A program made the translations under genes and the position numbers. This document shows positions 62,701 to 64,000 of a stretch of 64,000 nucleotides of DNA, one piece after another. The notes under the pieces were generated by a model. That model was not told where the DNA came from. It saw nothing but the letters and a program-made list of their open reading frames with translations, and did no database searches. The stretch spans positions 23,374,001 to 23,438,000 of the forward strand of contig NC_091999.1 of assembly GCF_044704955.1 (NCBI RefSeq), in the 5' to 3' direction. Each line of letters starts with the position of its first letter. The stretch's first letter is position 1. Source of the stretch: Pristiophorus japonicus. Taxonomy: Eukaryota.

Positions 62701-64000
62701 ATTTTGCCCAGTCAGCTCCTTCCAAGCAGTGTGGGGTCATCCCCCGGGACAACCAGAGTGGCAGTTCATGCACCGTGCCCTCGTAGGTGACGTTGACCAT
62801 GGCGCTGCCCATGACAGTGATAAGCTATTTGGTGCAAGTTATCTGTTTCGTGTGGATGGGGCTCAGGGATGGTCTGAGTGCCTTGTTGCACCACAGTCTC
62901 AGAAACATCTTTTTACTCATGGTAGATTGGCTAGCGCCAGTGTCCAGTTCAATGGCTACGGGTAAGCAATTCTATTTTATATTTAGCATCATAGGTGGAC
63001 ATTTCATCAAAAATGTGTGAACCCAGTGTATTTCAGCATCTGCCTCCTCTCTCTGTGGCTCGAAATAGCTTTGATCCATCATGGACCGATCTTCCTCTGC
63101 CACGAGGTGATTAGCACGTTTTGCCGAGCTTGCAGCTCATCTGCAAGCTCGTTGGAGGAGCTCCATTGTTCCACAGCTCTTGCAACCATACCCTTTGAAG
63201 CGGCATAAATAGGCTGAATGGAAGCCTCCACAAAGCCGTCAAGGTGGAATTGCCTTGCAGTCATCCTTTGTTGCGGGCTCTGAGTCATCTGGGTCACCTG
63301 AGGCCTTCTGGCAGTTGCAGACTCGTGCGTTCTGCCCTGTACATTTCTGCTCGAAAACACAGTTCCAGTTAATTTATGAACATTGCTAGCACTTGTGTAC
63401 TGAGAGATTTGTTTGCTGTTTTCACTGGTGGACATAAACGCCTGTGCTATCGCAGTGGCCTTAATGAGGGTAGGTGTCTCTACAGTCAAAATTTTCATAG
63501 GATGGTCTCGTGTCCAATACCCAGTGCAAAAAATCTGAGCATTTGCTCCAGGTAGCCATTAAACTTACATTGTCCTGCAAGTTACCTTAGCTCAGCCACG
63601 CAGCTCGCCAATTCCTGACCTTCAGATCGCTGGCACATGCAGAACCGATAGCTCGCCATCAACACGCTCTCCCTCAGGTTAAGATGCTCCCAAACCAGTG
63701 TACAGTGCTCCTCATATGACATATCTGTGGGTTTCACCAGAGCCAGAAGAAACTTCATGAGGCTGTAGGTCGGTGCCCCGCACACCATGAGGAGCACCGC
63801 TCTCCTTTTTCCAGTGCTTCCTTCTCCATCCAGCTCGTTGGCTACAAAGTACTGGTCTAGCCGTGCGACATCCACTTCCCAGTCCTCACCATCCGAGAAA
63901 TTCTCCAGGATGCCCACAGTTTGGTGCATCTTTGCGTTGGATTCGTATACTCGTCGCCAGTTATTGTGTTCCAAACACAGATGAGACTGCACACAGGGAG
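59767..64000 (-). mobile_element. Ty3/Gypsy LTR retrotransposon, degenerate; 3' LTR 59767-59978, 5' LTR from 63962 runs off the window
   Basis: Matching LTR ends tattgtgttcc(t/a)aacacagatgagact; PBS TGGCGACGAG at 63959-63950; PPT at ~59979-59986. gag, protease (LDTGAS), RT (WASPIVPV, KLDL, FHDDILV), RNase H (LACDAS, TDHKPL) and integrase (LVSDNG, AERAVQ) in Gypsy order. Confidence 0.93.

Overview
Repeat-dense vertebrate genomic DNA, almost certainly from a cartilaginous fish (shark). Most of the window is transposable-element debris: many CR1 LINEs of different ages, plus RTE, L2, Penelope-like and SINE fragments, a Gypsy LTR element, a solo LTR, satellites and seven N-runs. No intact host gene is visible. 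Between the repeats are antigen-receptor and GPCR pseudogenes that the ORF track mostly misses. These are: (1) the 3' half of an IgM heavy-chain cluster on + (CH3, CH4 with secretory tail, TM1, TM2; 3.25-7.9 kb); (2) a T-cell-receptor alpha/delta-type V fragment on -, about 3.3 kb downstream of the IgM TM exons, with an exact-heptamer 23-bp RSS and a degenerate D-like RSS cassette about 70 bp further on; (3) a two-exon GPR139-like pseudogene; (4) a P2Y/LPAR-type GPCR pseudogene split by a CR1 at its DRY motif; (5) an isolated IgM CH2 exon at 58.0 kb. Structural oddities include CTCF-like motifs 3' of the IgM and in a degenerate tandem array, a templated local duplication flanked by ~265-bp direct repeats, a three-copy tandem duplication at 46.7-56.5 kb, a satellite apparently born from a CR1 3' UTR, and degenerate minimal hammerhead-ribozyme cores in Penelope-like ends. 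Family assignments come from manual translation and remembered family motifs; no database search was run, and repeat boundaries are approximate.
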